DNA from: a virus
Lineage: Duplodnaviria > Caudoviricetes
Direction: 5' to 3' (one strand)
IMG/VR virus record: IMGVR_UViG_3300047321_000298
Location: 32,001-96,000 of that record
Length of the DNA: 64,000 nt
Part shown: one piece after another, positions 62,406 through 64,000 of the stretch
Layout: every line of letters starts with the position of its first letter
How positions within the stretch are numbered: position 1 is the first letter of the stretch
The notes under the pieces: generated by a model
The model's database searches: none
Told to the model about the DNA's origin: nothing
What the model saw: only the letters and a program-made list of their open reading frames with translations
Program-made: the position numbers and the translations under genes

Positions 62406-62539
62406 AATGAACGCCCACTCCCCTGAATTTGCAGCAGGGGCTAGACGCTCGGATGTTTCACCGAACGCAACTACCGCGATGTTTCACCAGGCGCGGTGTT
62501 CCTGGATGACCTGAAAGTCGGACAATCAGGTCACGGGGA

Positions 62540-62615
62540 TGGAGCAGGATACCGGGCTCGAACCGGTGACCGACAGCTTGGAAGGCTGCGACTCTACCAA
62601 CTGAGTTAATCCTGC
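62540..62615 (-). tRNA. tRNA-Gly(TCC)
   Basis: Canonical 76-nt cloverleaf, U73, CCA. Confidence 0.95.
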
Positions 62616-62621
62616 GTTACC

Positions 62622-62816
62622 TTAGAGACCTCGCGCTTTGAGCGCGGCTTGCAGCAATGACCTACGTGACTGCCAGAAGCGGCGCTGCGTAGCTTCCGAT
62701 AGATAAGAAGCGCCTTGGCCCATCTCATAGTTCATCGCGTAGTCGGCCGCTTCCTGCGCTGCGGCCTTCAGTTCTTCGTCTGACATCGCGTCGATGTTCA
62801 GTGGTCTGGTGTCCAT
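62622..62816 (-). CDS. Hypothetical protein
   Basis: ATG 62816 (MDTRPL). Confidence 0.55.
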   Translation of the reverse strand: MDTRPLNIDAMSDEELKAAAQEAADYAMNYEMGQGASYLSEATQRRFWQSRRSLLQAALKARGL

Positions 62817-63064
62817 CTGGTTAAACCCTTGGCTACTAGATAAGGGACCGACGACACATGTCGGTACGTGCGTTTGGTGCGTTTGGCCATTTCCCACACG
62901 CAGTCCATACCAGCACACACGGCGTGGAGCTTCAGCGCCTCATCGCGCAACATAAATACATGATCGCGATTGTGGAAATGGCGCTCGCACACGTGGCACC
63001 GGTCCTTGGTGAACGCGGGCGGAAACTTCCGGTTGAACAGAAACGTACGGATGAACTTGATCAT
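62798..63064 (-). CDS. Hypothetical protein with CxxC...C...C motif
   Basis: CHVCERH, CAGMDC. Confidence 0.55.
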   Translation of the reverse strand: MIKFIRTFLFNRKFPPAFTKDRCHVCERHFHNRDHVFMLRDEALKLHAVCAGMDCVWEMAKRTKRTYRHVSSVPYLVAKGLTRWTPDH

Positions 63065-63078
63065 TGCGTTGTTTCGTG

Positions 63079-63155
63079 TGGTGCCCCGTGACGGATTCGA
63101 ACCGCCAACATTCGCATTACAAGTGCGCTGCTCTACCAGTTGGAGCTAACGGGGC
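63079..63155 (-). tRNA. tRNA-Thr(TGT)
   Basis: Canonical cloverleaf with CCA. Confidence 0.95.
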
Positions 63156-63182
63156 ATCAGACTCACATCTCAGCGAGTCCTT

Positions 63183-63440
63183 TTAAATTGCGGCCAGTGC
63201 GTCGAACTTGCGCTTACGGTTCTGGAAGTCAACTTGGATCACGTTGCTTGGAGGCGGGATGATCCCGTCGTCCTTCATGGCTGTGATGATCTTCCGATGA
63301 AGTTCCTCAGCCTTCTTGGTAACCAGGGAGCCAGCATTCGAACTGGTGAGGAACGCGGGTCCCCATCGGTGCTCAGAACGAAGCGTGTCGCCGTTTCGTT
63401 CAACGTATTCAAACGAGATGATGAAGTTACCGTCGATCAC
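63183..63440 (-). CDS. Hypothetical protein
   Basis: AGGA RBS before GTG. Confidence 0.55.
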   Translation of the reverse strand: MIDGNFIISFEYVERNGDTLRSEHRWGPAFLTSSNAGSLVTKKAEELHRKIITAMKDDGIIPPPSNVIQVDFQNRKRKFDALAAI

Positions 63441-63461
63441 GCTTTGTCCTATACCAGAAAG

Positions 63462-64000
63462 TTAGTTTGCCAGGTTGTCCACGTCGCCACCGGCTACGAC
63501 CGACGAGTACGCGCAATCCACGCTCGTAGCGCCAGCAGCCGTAGCCGTGAAGTAGTTCGATGTTGACGCGTTCAACGCAGACTTGGCGAAACCACGCGAA
63601 CGGACTGACGAAGCATCAAACTGCACAGTGTTGCCGGACAGCACACCGAGGTTCTTCGTGAACAGGTCCAACGACCCACGCGGACCCATAACCGTCACGG
63701 TCCACCGGCCTGTTGCGTTCAACTCTCCGATCATCGATTTCAGACGCGCTGCCGTGTATTTACGGCTGTGGTTTTCATCACCGTCAGTAAAGACTTGCAG
63801 CAGGAACTGTGCGTTGGAGAGCGCACCATCGAAACCCTGCGCGGTCTCGATAGCCAGGCCAATTGCGTCGTACAGGGCCGTCCAGCCGTCTGGAATGTAG
63901 TTTGATTTGTTGAGGTGAGTCGCACGGTCCGGATGCGCCGCCGCGTACTCTACCTTCACCTTGTCGTTACTGGAGAAGGTGACCAGTGTGGCCGTGACCT
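63462..64000 (-). CDS. vWA domain protein (5' end outside the window)
   Basis: TLVTFS, GWTALYDAIG, VFTDGDEN; frame is open to the window edge. Confidence 0.85.
   Translation of the reverse strand, partial: VTATLVTFSSNDKVKVEYAAAHPDRATHLNKSNYIPDGWTALYDAIGLAIETAQGFDGALSNAQFLLQVFTDGDENHSRKYTAARLKSMIGELNATGRWTVTVMGPRGSLDLFTKNLGVLSGNTVQFDASSVRSRGFAKSALNASTSNYFTATAAGATSVDCAYSSVVAGGDVDNLAN

Noticed and set aside
1-64000. CRISPR array
   Set aside because: No series of equal-length repeats with unique spacers was found; the DnaA-box array is too short and degenerate.

Overview
This window is a 64 kb slice of a large (jumbo-type) myovirus-like phage genome, almost entirely on the minus strand. The host is probably a GC-rich proteobacterium (inference from GC level and tail-fibre type). 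Layout: (1) 1-2.6 kb, a plus-strand accessory block with a VapBC toxin-antitoxin pair; (2) an Acb1-like anti-CBASS enzyme, tail fibre and chaperone, and an intergenic array of DnaA-box-like motifs next to an AT-rich tract; (3) 7-21 kb, baseplate and tail module (wedge, gp25, spike, hub, lysozyme, tape measure, gp26/gp51, tube-like); (4) 21-36 kb, portal, MmcB-like nuclease, RuvC, terminase large subunit, RecA/UvsX, SSB-like protein with a long charged tail, truncated sigma70-like factor, vWA and ThyX; (5) 36-54 kb, two DNA methyltransferases, spanins, primase, family A DNA polymerase, HD phosphodiesterase, Lar-like proteins, exonuclease and RecD-like helicase; (6) 54.6-63.2 kb, a tRNA region with 10 recognisable tRNAs (Gln, Asn, Asp, Tyr, Ser, Cys, Ile2/Met-CAT, Pro, Gly, Thr), GroES and a GIY-YIG endonuclease. 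The most striking observation is at least five tRNA-shaped RNAs that cannot decode: two are circularly permuted (Y-RNA-like order T arm > acceptor > D arm) and three keep acceptor, D and T arms but have the anticodon arm replaced by structured insertions. Also notable are stand-alone copies of the phage's own structural domains (a portal clip segment and a tail-sheath C-terminal-like domain). All family calls are by-eye motif recognition and all RNA folds are hand-derived; no searches were run.
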